Origin: Verrucomicrobiales bacterium
Lineage (GTDB): Bacteria > Verrucomicrobiota > Verrucomicrobiia > Verrucomicrobiales > V1-33
Direction of reading: 5' to 3'
Assembly: GCA_031411295.1 (NCBI GenBank)
Contig: JANOAV010000139.1
Coordinates: forward strand, 1-49,717
DNA length: 49,717 nucleotides
The translations under genes were made by a program, and so were the position numbers. The notes beneath the pieces were generated by a model. The model was not told the origin of the DNA. It did not search any database and worked only from the letters and a program-made list of their open reading frames with translations. Positions 1 to 8,912 of this stretch are shown piece after piece (position 1 is the first letter of the stretch; each line of letters starts with the position of its first letter).

Positions 1-141
1 CTCCGCCTTCAGTGGTCGCTCACCCTGCAATCCGGCACTTGGCTGGACGTCACCCAACCCGCCGTCCTCGAAGGCGCGGACTACACCATTTACGAACCCA
101 GGGATGATTCGCGCAGGTTCTACCGGTTGGTGCGGCCGTGA
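1..141 (+). CDS. 3' end of an upstream gene (partial), carrying the C-terminal 'S..L..W...RFYR' tail shared with giant secreted proteins in this window
   Basis: Frame 1 is open from base 1 to TGA at 139-141 and reads LRLQWSLTLQSGTWLDVTQPAVLEGADYTIYEPRDDSRRFYRLVRP*. The ending resembles those of the 18680, 31877, 37635 and 44210 proteins. Confidence 0.75.
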   Translation, partial: LRLQWSLTLQSGTWLDVTQPAVLEGADYTIYEPRDDSRRFYRLVRP

Positions 142-299
142 ATTTGACCATTGCCACAAAGGTATGTGGAGTAGTCCGCTGGATTGCTCAACCCCTTCCA
201 GATCAGCCCAGCGGGCTGACCCACATTCTGCACCCACCACGCGTAGTTGCGGGGCGATTGACTGATGCGGAGGTAAGCATCCGTGGCTATAGTTCAAGG

Positions 300-1031
300 A
301 TGCGTCTCCTTTTCTTTTTCCTCACTATGCTCCTGCTCGCGCCGCTCTCTGCGCTTCGCGCCCAGGACGGCAAGGCTCCGGTCCTGACCGACAAGTCTCC
401 CAAGTCAGCGGTGCTGGCGAAATACGAAAAGGTGCTGGCGGCCGCTCGCAAAGCTCCGCCAGCTCCGGGCAGCATCATTTGCATCGGAAGTTCTCACATG
501 GAATTTTGGAAGACGGTGGCGGAGGATCTCGCGCCGCTAACAGTGCACAACTATGGCGTCGGCGGCAGTCGCATGACACAGGCCACGGATCTTTTTATCG
601 ACAACCTAGCCATCGCGTTCAAGCCGAGAGCGGTCATTTTGTATGAAGGCAGTAATGATCTGTCCGCCGGAAGCAAGCCGGAGGAAGTGCTCGCCAGCTT
701 CCAGAAGTTGCATGCTAAGCTCCACGCAGCGCTGCCTGAAGCGCGGCTCTATGTCCTCGGTATTGTGCCCAGTCCTGGTAAACGCTTTGAGAAGATCAAC
801 GAGATTCGCCAGACCAACGAACTGCTGCGCCAAGCATGCGAGACGCAACGTTGGATGAAATTTCTCGACACCACCACGCCATTGATTGGCGCAGACGGCC
901 AGCCTCGATCCGAGTGCTTTATCCCAGGCGATATCCACATGCTGCCCGCGGGTTATGCCGTCTGGAAATCAGTCATCGCCCCCGTCTTGGTTCCTCCGGA
1001 GAAAGCTTTCGAAAAGCCAGCAAAGCAATAA
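300..1031 (+). CDS. Secreted SGNH/GDSL-family hydrolase (esterase)
   Basis: ATG 300 gives the signal peptide MRLLFFFLTMLLLAPLSALRA. SGNH blocks present: IGSS, NYGVGG, YEGSND, DIH. The ORF-track start at 138 is probably too long. Confidence 0.85.
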   Translation: MRLLFFFLTMLLLAPLSALRAQDGKAPVLTDKSPKSAVLAKYEKVLAAARKAPPAPGSIICIGSSHMEFWKTVAEDLAPLTVHNYGVGGSRMTQATDLFIDNLAIAFKPRAVILYEGSNDLSAGSKPEEVLASFQKLHAKLHAALPEARLYVLGIVPSPGKRFEKINEIRQTNELLRQACETQRWMKFLDTTTPLIGADGQPRSECFIPGDIHMLPAGYAVWKSVIAPVLVPPEKAFEKPAKQ

Positions 1032-1069
1032 CCATCCAGGTGGGCCGCACCACAGATACGCTCCAACTT

Positions 1070-2176
1070 ATGAAATCCTGCTTCGCCACCCTGCTGCTGG
1101 CCATAGCAACACCCGGCTTTTTGCACGCCGAACCAGTGCCCACACCGACCGTCGGAGCCATCCGTTGGGACGGTTGGTATGGCGATGGTGGTGTCGTGAA
1201 GGCCGTGGAAGCCACGTTGGGGCAGCCCAAGTATCACTTCCGTCTGCCATGGTTTGCGGTGATATCGGAAGATGGCAGCGTGAGCATCAATGGCGATTCC
1301 GCCGCCATCATGGCACAGGAAATTTGCTATGCCGCCCAAGCGGGGCTGAACTATTGGGCGTTTCTTGACTACCTCGATGAGGCTCCAGGCATGAGCATTG
1401 GGCTGCAGCGTTATTTGGCCACGCAAGACAAAAAGAGCATTCGTTACTGCCTCGTTGAGGAAGGCGCGCGGCTCGACAAAGTGGGAGCCAACGTTTGGCC
1501 CAAACTCGTAACCCACTTCAAACATGCCGACTATCAAACCGTGCTCGATGGCAGACCGTTGCTCTGCTTATTCGCCAAGACCACCAAACTGGGCAAGTCC
1601 GAGTGGGATGACCTCAAGCGCCAAACTATTGCTGCGGGCCTGAAACCACCCTATCTCGTGCTACTCGGCTGGAACGTTGAGAAAGATCGCGCCAGTCTCG
1701 GTTTTGACGCTATTTCCGAGTATGCCTGTGCCGGTAAAGGTTACACGACGGATCCCGAAAGCTACGCCAGACTAACATCGCATCACGTGCGGGAGAAATT
1801 GTGGGAAAAATGGCACCAAGAGCGCACCCAGTGCATCACCTTTGCCACCGCAGGCTGGGACACTCGCCCGCGGCAGGAACGCCCGCCTTCATGGTGTTCC
1901 TGGATCAAAGCCACGCCCGATCCCACACCGCCCGCCCAACAAAAACCACTCATCGACGCCACCACCGCCACTCCAGAGGAACTCTCCATTCATATCCAAG
2001 CGGCACTCAACTGGACCAAAGCCAATCGCGATCTCAACCCCGCTAACACCATCCTGGTGTATGCCTGGAACGAGCACGACGAAGGAGGTTGGCTCCAGCC
2101 CACACTGGGCCCCGATGCCAAGCCGAATGAGGCTCGCATCCAGGCGTTGGGTAAGGTTCTGCGCTCTCGGCGTTAA
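1070..2176 (+). CDS. Secreted glycoside hydrolase of the GH99/GH71/WbsX-like TIM-barrel type
   Basis: Signal peptide MKSCFATLLLAIATPGFLHA from ATG 1070. Motifs GAIRWDGW, YAAQAGLNYWAF, GRPL, GWDTRPR and YAWNEHDEGGW are typical of GH99-like proteins. Confidence 0.7.
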   Translation: MKSCFATLLLAIATPGFLHAEPVPTPTVGAIRWDGWYGDGGVVKAVEATLGQPKYHFRLPWFAVISEDGSVSINGDSAAIMAQEICYAAQAGLNYWAFLDYLDEAPGMSIGLQRYLATQDKKSIRYCLVEEGARLDKVGANVWPKLVTHFKHADYQTVLDGRPLLCLFAKTTKLGKSEWDDLKRQTIAAGLKPPYLVLLGWNVEKDRASLGFDAISEYACAGKGYTTDPESYARLTSHHVREKLWEKWHQERTQCITFATAGWDTRPRQERPPSWCSWIKATPDPTPPAQQKPLIDATTATPEELSIHIQAALNWTKANRDLNPANTILVYAWNEHDEGGWLQPTLGPDAKPNEARIQALGKVLRSRR

Positions 2177-2312
2177 ATCGCAGTAACAGCAACGTGAAAT
2201 CAGTTTCGCGCAGGATGCGAGGGCTGTCGTGCCGAGCGAATCCGACTGGTGGATCCATTTTGCGCGCGGGAAAAAGTTTTTGAATAAGCTGCCATGAGTT
2301 CCGTCAGAAACG

Positions 2313-3950
2313 ATGAAGCAAAGAATCCGCTTTGTTTCTTTAACTCATCCCATGAACACCATTGTTTCCTCCGTTCGCCTCATGGCGGCATTTTCTCTCT
2401 TGAGCCTACTCGCAGTGAACTCTCACGCGCAGACATCGGCAGACCTTACGCGCCAACTCCAGACCGTGCTGGCGCAGCACGGCTTTACTGGTAAGATGGA
2501 AAGCACGCTCCCAAAACGCCTGGGGCGCCCACTCGATCCAACCAAGGTGGAACTTGGGCGGGCCATCTTCTTCGACAAGTTCATGGGGCTGCATGGCGAC
2601 AATACCTGCGCGGCCTGTCACTCGCCCAATCACGGACTGGGCGATTCGCAATCCATTGCGATTGGGGTGGACAACAATGACTTCGTGGGGCCGCGTCGGG
2701 CGGGGCCGCGGAATCAACGGCGGACGCCTTCCGTGATCAATACGGCTTTTTATCCTAACCTGATGTGGAATGGTCGCTTCAGTGCCGTTTCGGGAGATCC
2801 CTTCAACAATTCCAAAGGCTTCTCTTTCCCTGACCCGGAAGGTCCCACGAGGTTTCCAGCGGGGGATCCGCGCTTCCGCCATTTGCTGGTGGCCCAGGCC
2901 CACATTCCCTTCACCGAGTTACCGGAAATGGCCGGTTTCACGGGGTTCAAGCGCACCACCGTGCAGGTGCTGGCAGCGCCCCCGGTCAATGATCCGACGT
3001 TCATTGACTTCGGAATTTTCGACGTGCCTGCCCGAAACTTTTCCGGCGTGGCTTTACCTCCGCCGGTCGTGGTGCAGCGCGCTGGTTCCGGGCCTGGGGT
3101 GATCTTGGATGAATTCCGCAATGAACCCATTCGCGATGTGGTGTTAGGTCGCTTGAACGCGAACGAATCGTGGTCCAACGAGTTCCTCAAAGCCTTCAAA
3201 ACCATGGGCGTCAATGATGCCATCACCTTCGACATGGTGGCGCAGTCGTTGGCGGAATTTCAGTTCAGCCTGACGTTTACCAATGCCCCTGTGGATCGCT
3301 TCGCCCGAGGGGAAACGTCCAGCATGTCCGATTCCCAAAAGCGGGGTGGCTTACTGTTCTTTGGCAAGGCCAGTTGCGTGAAATGCCACAGCGTCTCCGG
3401 CCCAGCGAACGAGATGTTTAGCGACTTCAAAATGCACGTCGCAGGCGTCCCGCAAATTGCGCCAAAATTCGGCAAGACCACCGGCAACGTTCCTTTCCGT
3501 GATGCCACCGGAGCGCTCTCCACGCTCGGAAATCAAGACTGGGGGCTCTACGACACCACGGGCGATGCGGCGGATGTTTACAAATTCCGCACCTCCCCAT
3601 TACGCAATGTGGCCACCCAACCCACGTTCTTCCACAATGGTGCCTTCACCCGACTGGAGGACGCGTTGCGCTATCATTTGAATGTCGTTGCGGCAGCGAA
3701 AACCTACTCGCCCGTGGCAGCTGGAGTGGCAGCGGATTTGACGCGCAATACCGGACCCATCGCGCCAGTGATTGCGAGGCTGGATCCTCTGCTGAAGGCT
3801 CCGGTCCCCCTTACCAGTGCGGAGTTTACGGATCTGCTATGCTTCGTGCGCGATGGTTTGCTGGATGATCGCGCCCGCCCGGAGAATCTCTCGCGGTTGA
3901 TTCCCCGCCAGGTTCCCAGTTATCTGCCGCTGCAACGCTTTGAGCGGTAG
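2313..3950 (+). CDS. Di-heme cytochrome c peroxidase / MauG superfamily protein, exported
   Basis: Two heme motifs (CAACH, CVKCH) plus KVELGRAIFFD, RRTPSVIN, LMWNGR, Q..IP....EM, FRTSPLRNV and FFHNG. Hydrophobic signal ending NSHA; the true start may be 2352 or 2382. Confidence 0.9.
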   Translation: MKQRIRFVSLTHPMNTIVSSVRLMAAFSLLSLLAVNSHAQTSADLTRQLQTVLAQHGFTGKMESTLPKRLGRPLDPTKVELGRAIFFDKFMGLHGDNTCAACHSPNHGLGDSQSIAIGVDNNDFVGPRRAGPRNQRRTPSVINTAFYPNLMWNGRFSAVSGDPFNNSKGFSFPDPEGPTRFPAGDPRFRHLLVAQAHIPFTELPEMAGFTGFKRTTVQVLAAPPVNDPTFIDFGIFDVPARNFSGVALPPPVVVQRAGSGPGVILDEFRNEPIRDVVLGRLNANESWSNEFLKAFKTMGVNDAITFDMVAQSLAEFQFSLTFTNAPVDRFARGETSSMSDSQKRGGLLFFGKASCVKCHSVSGPANEMFSDFKMHVAGVPQIAPKFGKTTGNVPFRDATGALSTLGNQDWGLYDTTGDAADVYKFRTSPLRNVATQPTFFHNGAFTRLEDALRYHLNVVAAAKTYSPVAAGVAADLTRNTGPIAPVIARLDPLLKAPVPLTSAEFTDLLCFVRDGLLDDRARPENLSRLIPRQVPSYLPLQRFER

Positions 3951-3974
3951 GACGCAGACCTGACGAGGCTTGCT

Positions 3975-4008
3975 GAAAGGGTAGCCATCAGCTGATGGCT
4001 ACCCTTTC
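3975..4008. terminator. Perfect 34-bp palindrome between convergent genes; probable bidirectional terminator
   Basis: GAAAGGGTAGCCATCAG|CTGATGGCTACCCTTTC lies between the stop at 3950 (+) and the stop at 4030 (-). Confidence 0.7.
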
Positions 4009-4029
4009 GTGTGGGATGGCAACACCGCT

Positions 4030-5142
4030 CTAAGCTCTGGCCAAAGTGGCCCAAGCGGCTAAGGCTCCGTTGTAGCTGGTATAGAATCCGAAGGCGGTAT
4101 AGATCAGAGAAGACCAAGCTTCCCGCAGCTCATCCGGGATTTTCTGTCCGGCCAGCGTTTGAGCGGGCACGATGGGATCTGAAACATTGCGCACGAAGAC
4201 AAAATCGACTTTGCAGTGCCCTGCTACGGCTCCCAATACCGCATCATCCATTTCCAAAATGCAATACTTGGCCGCGTCGCCAGGCTGAGCAATGTAATAA
4301 AAATCGGTCGTTAACAGCGGCTGATCGCGTGCAATTTTCACGCTGGGGACCTTGAGGTTGCTCGGATTCAGTGGCGGATTTAGCAAGTCCGTAAGTGTGA
4401 CACCCTCCTTTTGCTGGGCCGCCGTCAGCCTAAGGAACAGAGCTTGATAGGTCGCCTCCGTCGCCACTTGGGCCAAAGAGAAACCCAGTGTCGCTTGCAC
4501 TTGCTCCACCAAATCCGTCTCGGGAAACCAAGTGCTACAGGTGAAGGTTTGGTGATTGAGGGGGGAAGCGTTCTGCAGCAGTGTCATGTTCAAGGTGCCC
4601 GCATTGGTGATGACACTATTTCCGAGGAAATCATCCTCTCCCACTCCTCCTGCGGTGCCGAGGGAATACAGCCGAGTTGCTCCGGTATCTTGGAGAATAT
4701 TTTCCGCCATGCTCGTCAAGCCTGGCAGAAACGGAGCGTAGGCCAGATGTGCCTGGGCCTTGAATAGGAGCACTCGCTGCAGAGCACCGGCGGCATTAGC
4801 GATTTCCACCAAGCGGAAAAAGCCCCAAAGATGGAAGTCCGGGGAGGAACCATGCGCTGGAGGCGCTGCGGGAGCCCCTTTGGTATAGGGAAGCCAGGCT
4901 TGCTGCCAAGTAACATCATGGATGGTCCGCTCAGTGGTTCCGCCGGTAAACACGTGATCGAAGGCGGACCATTCCGCGTTGGTCCAAGTAATCAAGACCA
5001 CATCAGCCGGAGGCAATGGATCGGTGGGCGCTCGCGCGGGCACGGGCACCAAGACCGGAGCACATTGGCCAACTGACGGCCAATTGATGATCGGCAGCGG
5101 CGGCGTTGGCGGAGCAGAAATAACATCGGTTAGACGTGACAT
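4030..5142 (-). CDS. Divergent nucleoside phosphorylase / MTA-SAH nucleosidase (PNP_UDP_1) fold protein
   Basis: Ordered motifs DVVLITWT.AE, LGTAGGV...LGNSVI, TTDF, LEMDDA and FVRNVSD match the GxAGG / EME / RxxSD pattern. No signal peptide; Pro-rich N-terminus. Confidence 0.65.
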   Translation of the reverse strand: MSRLTDVISAPPTPPLPIINWPSVGQCAPVLVPVPARAPTDPLPPADVVLITWTNAEWSAFDHVFTGGTTERTIHDVTWQQAWLPYTKGAPAAPPAHGSSPDFHLWGFFRLVEIANAAGALQRVLLFKAQAHLAYAPFLPGLTSMAENILQDTGATRLYSLGTAGGVGEDDFLGNSVITNAGTLNMTLLQNASPLNHQTFTCSTWFPETDLVEQVQATLGFSLAQVATEATYQALFLRLTAAQQKEGVTLTDLLNPPLNPSNLKVPSVKIARDQPLLTTDFYYIAQPGDAAKYCILEMDDAVLGAVAGHCKVDFVFVRNVSDPIVPAQTLAGQKIPDELREAWSSLIYTAFGFYTSYNGALAAWATLARA

Positions 5143-5154
5143 GGGAGTTTTAAT

Positions 5155-6516
5155 TTATTGGTTTCTGCGGCCAAGGGGGAAGATAGGCAGCGCATGGAGT
5201 TGTTCAGTTGCGGTCGCTTTGGGGGGATTTTTCTGATTGCGGTATTTGGCGGCAAAGAGCCCGCGACCGTTGTTTTTCCAGTCGTTAAAGTTCTGCACTG
5301 CCTCCGCCAGCTGGAGGCAGAAGTCGGTGGAATTGGCCCCTTGATCGAAGGGAGTGGCGCAGAGGTTGTTGGCAAACCATCTCATCCAGCCCGGACTTCC
5401 GACTGCGGGAATTTTGGCGGAGTCCGGATAGAACAGCGGACTCATGGGAGTGAGCTGGGGATACTCCGCCGTGGCATGGCAGCTATAGCAGGAACTCATG
5501 GGGTTATCCACGGGACCATTGAGTCGTCCGTTCCAGCCCAGATGGGTCGGAGGGAGTTCTTTAGGATCGGGGTTAATGATGGTTTCCTTGAGCGCTGGAT
5601 TGATGATGGTTTGGGTGGGTGCCGGGTTGGACTGGTTGGTGGTAATGGTCGGATCCTGTCCCCACATGACGCCGACGGGAATCAGGTTTTGCCAAGGATC
5701 CGCCTTCTTGAGTTGCCCGTTGTATTGGAAATTTCCGAACACCCATCCTTGAGGGGCCCGACTATCACGGACCATGATGTCCATCTGGATGAGCGCAACT
5801 TTGATCGGAGTGCGCTCGTTTAACTTGAAGGTGTAGGTGGCGAAGGCGTCCCACCAGATACCATTTTGGAGAAAGGGAACTTGGGCTTCAGCCTCGTTTT
5901 GAGGAATGGAAACAAACAACAACTTGAAGAGCACAGCCCCTTCATGGAATCCTTCTTTCATGGCACTCACGTCAGGATTGCTGTGGTCCTTCCAGACTTG
6001 GCCGATGGTATATCCAGCCACATCGTTGAAAAAACCAACCGCCCAGGCCCCGCCGGTGGCATAGGTTTGGGTGATCGCCAGTTGCTGGGCCTTGACCGGA
6101 GCTTCCTTGGTCAGTCCATGAAAGCCCTCCCGGCCATTGTCGCTATAGTGTTGCCAGGGCATATGAAACCAACCACGGGTCGAATTTTTCTCGACGCGAA
6201 AGTCGACCTTGGTATTCCCTTCAAAACAGTAGTCCTGCACCTGCTGTAGATACTGCTTCCAATCGGTCTTGAAATCCGTCTTAAAAAATGGCGGAGCGGT
6301 GGGGGCAGTGGGCAGTTGGCTCGGATAGTTTTGGCTCAACTTGAAAACCTCAGTCTTCGGGGGCAACTGTGATGGGCTCACCATGAAGCCAAAGTCTGGA
6401 AACGGAGCGGTCGTTTTGTCGAAAGCTTTCTTTTCGGCTGCCGTCAGGGGGCGGGGCGAAAGACTGGCCATCGTGGCCAGGGCTAAAAGCAGAAGGTTGA
6501 GGCGGTGCGGATTCAT
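5155..6516 (-). CDS. Secreted, Trp-rich hypothetical protein with a single c-type heme motif
   Basis: Signal peptide MNPHRLNLLLLALATMA. One CxxCH (SCYSCH) near the C-terminus and 14 Trp. Ends 12 bp before the start of the PNP-fold gene. Confidence 0.75.
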   Translation of the reverse strand: MNPHRLNLLLLALATMASLSPRPLTAAEKKAFDKTTAPFPDFGFMVSPSQLPPKTEVFKLSQNYPSQLPTAPTAPPFFKTDFKTDWKQYLQQVQDYCFEGNTKVDFRVEKNSTRGWFHMPWQHYSDNGREGFHGLTKEAPVKAQQLAITQTYATGGAWAVGFFNDVAGYTIGQVWKDHSNPDVSAMKEGFHEGAVLFKLLFVSIPQNEAEAQVPFLQNGIWWDAFATYTFKLNERTPIKVALIQMDIMVRDSRAPQGWVFGNFQYNGQLKKADPWQNLIPVGVMWGQDPTITTNQSNPAPTQTIINPALKETIINPDPKELPPTHLGWNGRLNGPVDNPMSSCYSCHATAEYPQLTPMSPLFYPDSAKIPAVGSPGWMRWFANNLCATPFDQGANSTDFCLQLAEAVQNFNDWKNNGRGLFAAKYRNQKNPPKATATEQLHALPIFPLGRRNQ

Positions 6517-6576
6517 GGTAGTGATGGTTGGTTTAGTTTACAGTCCGGATTTGGCTTCAGCCGAGCGCTGAGGTAA

Positions 6577-6594
6577 GTTCCAATCTCTTGGAAC
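6577..6594. promoter_or_regulatory. Operator-like inverted repeat in an AT-rich divergent promoter region
   Basis: GTTCCAA-TCTC-TTGGAAC about 60 bp upstream of the 6516 start, next to an AT-rich tract. Confidence 0.35.
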
Positions 6595-6807
6595 AGAATT
6601 CGCAATTGCTGGTATTTTGTTTTAAATAAAATGTCGGAAGCGTCCAGAAAATTTGCGGCTGGAGCGTGGCCATAACGCGGGCCACTAAGTGCTGGTTGAC
6701 TGGGGATCTCGTGGGCCGCTTATTCCTTGCAATCTGGGACGGGTCCAATTTCAGTCCCGGAGCCACCGCAAGGGTGGCACCATCATTTGAAATCTCCCTG
6801 AACCCGC

Positions 6808-7467
6808 ATGCTCCCACAAGCCGCCGCTGCTGCTCTGCGCACCATCATCAAGCCGATTAGTCGGCTGGTGGCTGGCGTGGTGGCGGCACGGATCATTCGT
6901 TTCGTGCTGAAACGGGTGGGCAAAGTGAAGGTGCTGGATAAAGAGTTGGAGCGGGACATCGAACTGTGGTTCCGGGCCTCTCTGGTGATGCTGCTGGCAA
7001 CGGCCAATATGGAACATCTGTTCTTCGGCTGGATTCCCTTTGATCTCCATGACCGCTATTCCTCCATCGGGATGGCGCTGCGATTACTGCTCGTCATGGG
7101 GGTGATCGAGTCCATGCCGGATCAGGAGTTCTTCTCCGTGCTGCATCGGGGGCCCAAACCCGTGCCGTTCGGACGGGGCTTCTTCGCCCGGCTCTGGGCG
7201 GCCCGGAAGGCCTTGTTCAGCGGCATGTTCAATCAACACATCAAACGCTCGTCACCCGTGCTCGCAATCCTGGCGGCCATCTTTGGGGGCGAACGTGGCA
7301 GTGATGCCTGGGCGATCGGTTGGACCTGCTACACCATGGCCTTAGTGCAATACCTTTACATTGCTCTGGTGACTTCAAGTGATAAAGCCAAGAACGCGCT
7401 GGAATTGTTTGACGAGCAGATGAGATCCCTGCGCACCGAACTCAAGGATGCGATCTCCCTGGATTGA
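6808..7467 (+). CDS. Uncharacterised integral membrane protein
   Basis: 219-aa ORF with about 4 hydrophobic segments, filling the gap between neighbouring genes. No recognisable catalytic motif. Confidence 0.7.
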   Translation: MLPQAAAAALRTIIKPISRLVAGVVAARIIRFVLKRVGKVKVLDKELERDIELWFRASLVMLLATANMEHLFFGWIPFDLHDRYSSIGMALRLLLVMGVIESMPDQEFFSVLHRGPKPVPFGRGFFARLWAARKALFSGMFNQHIKRSSPVLAILAAIFGGERGSDAWAIGWTCYTMALVQYLYIALVTSSDKAKNALELFDEQMRSLRTELKDAISLD

Positions 7468-7481
7468 TGCTCGCACTGGGG

Positions 7482-8816
7482 CTACATCGGCAATTTCCAG
7501 CCTTCGCGATAGGCCTTGCGGATGATGGGGGCGGCTTCGGGGCAGTTCTTGGCTTGCTGCTGCTCTGCGTCCCATTCGATGCGTTTTTGAAAACGCACCG
7601 CTAACATGCCGACGAGTAATGCTTCCGTGAAGGGAGCGGAATAGGCGAAGCCACTCTTGGCGTCCTCCGGTTTGCCAGCCAGAGCCGCCTTGACCCATTC
7701 GATGCGATGTCCGGCGGAGCGGGGAATCGTAGGTTCGGGACGTTTGTATCCTTGCATCATCGTTTCTGGAATTAGGCGGGGTGGGGAAGCATGACTGCCG
7801 CCCATGGCCCCACATTTATCGCCTACGAAAATGCAGCCGTTATCGGAAACTTTCCTTCCTTCGAGGAAGGCAATGTTCTCTGGTAATTTTCCACCATCAT
7901 ACCACTTCATGGTTACTTCAGGCCGGCTGCCACGAGCTGGGAAATGCCACGTGACGATACTCCAAGCGGGAAATGAATCATTGTTAGAGGGAGAGGTTGT
8001 CGCGTCCACCCAATCAGGTTGACCGAGTTCCAGGGCATAAAATGCCGGGTCGGCATTGTGCACCGCCATGTCACCTAGCGCTCCGCAGCCAAAGTCCCAC
8101 CAACCCCGCCACGCGCGCTGGTGATAGGCCGTGTGGTAAGGCCGCACGGGCGCTGGGCCGATCCATAAATCCCAGTCCAGCGAGTCTGGCACGGCTGGAG
8201 TGTCTTTCGGACGCTCCACGCCCTGGGTGTTCCAGAAGGTGCCCGGACGGTCACTCCAGACGTGAACTTCCTTCACTTCACCCAGCTTTCCGGAATCGTA
8301 AATTTCCTTCCACAGGCGCAGGCCATCTCCCGCATGACCATTGTTGCCCATCTGGGTCACCACTTTCATCTTCGCTGCCAGATCCCGCATCTTCCGCGCT
8401 TCTTCGATGGTGTGGGACAATGGTTTCTCCACATAAGCATGTTTCCCTAACTGCATGGCGGACAGTGCGATGGGCGCATGATGATGGTCCGGCGTGGAAA
8501 CGACGATGGCGTCGAATTCCTTTTCCTTGTCTAACATGCGTCGCCAGTCGCGAAACTTCTGCGCACCCGGGTGCTTCTTGGCAGCCCCCTCGAGATTCTT
8601 GGTATCCACGTCACACAGCGCCACGACCTGCACCTCTCCGAACTGGCCGATCTCTCCCAAATTTCCCCCTCCCTGCCCGCCGACCCCGACATGAGCAGTG
8701 CGTAGTTTCTCAGATGGTGGAGTCTGACCAGAACCAGCAATCACATGCCGCGGCACGATTAACGGCATGGTGCCAGTGGCGATAATTTGCTGTAGGAAAT
8801 GACGACGAGTTTTCAT
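7482..8816 (-). CDS. Tat-exported Gfo/Idh/MocA family oxidoreductase
   Basis: Twin-arginine signal MKTRRHFLQ from ATG 8816. Motifs GVGGQG, VSTPDHHH, YVEKPL, WDLWIGPAP, WRGWWDFGCGALGDMAVH. Confidence 0.92.
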   Translation of the reverse strand: MKTRRHFLQQIIATGTMPLIVPRHVIAGSGQTPPSEKLRTAHVGVGGQGGGNLGEIGQFGEVQVVALCDVDTKNLEGAAKKHPGAQKFRDWRRMLDKEKEFDAIVVSTPDHHHAPIALSAMQLGKHAYVEKPLSHTIEEARKMRDLAAKMKVVTQMGNNGHAGDGLRLWKEIYDSGKLGEVKEVHVWSDRPGTFWNTQGVERPKDTPAVPDSLDWDLWIGPAPVRPYHTAYHQRAWRGWWDFGCGALGDMAVHNADPAFYALELGQPDWVDATTSPSNNDSFPAWSIVTWHFPARGSRPEVTMKWYDGGKLPENIAFLEGRKVSDNGCIFVGDKCGAMGGSHASPPRLIPETMMQGYKRPEPTIPRSAGHRIEWVKAALAGKPEDAKSGFAYSAPFTEALLVGMLAVRFQKRIEWDAEQQQAKNCPEAAPIIRKAYREGWKLPM

Positions 8817-8912
8817 AGTCCTGTAGTTTAGCTGACATTGAACAGCTTCCACAATCACGCAGTGATGGATAAATCGGTAAGTCAGACCAAGCGCCCGGCT
8901 ATCGCAGACTGG

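Noticed and set aside
138..299. N-terminal extensions in the ORF track (138, 836, 8858, 10036, 10211, 18581, 28717, 36139 starts)
   Set aside because: Downstream ATGs put signal peptides or recognisable domains at the N-terminus and, in several cases, remove overlaps with neighbouring genes.
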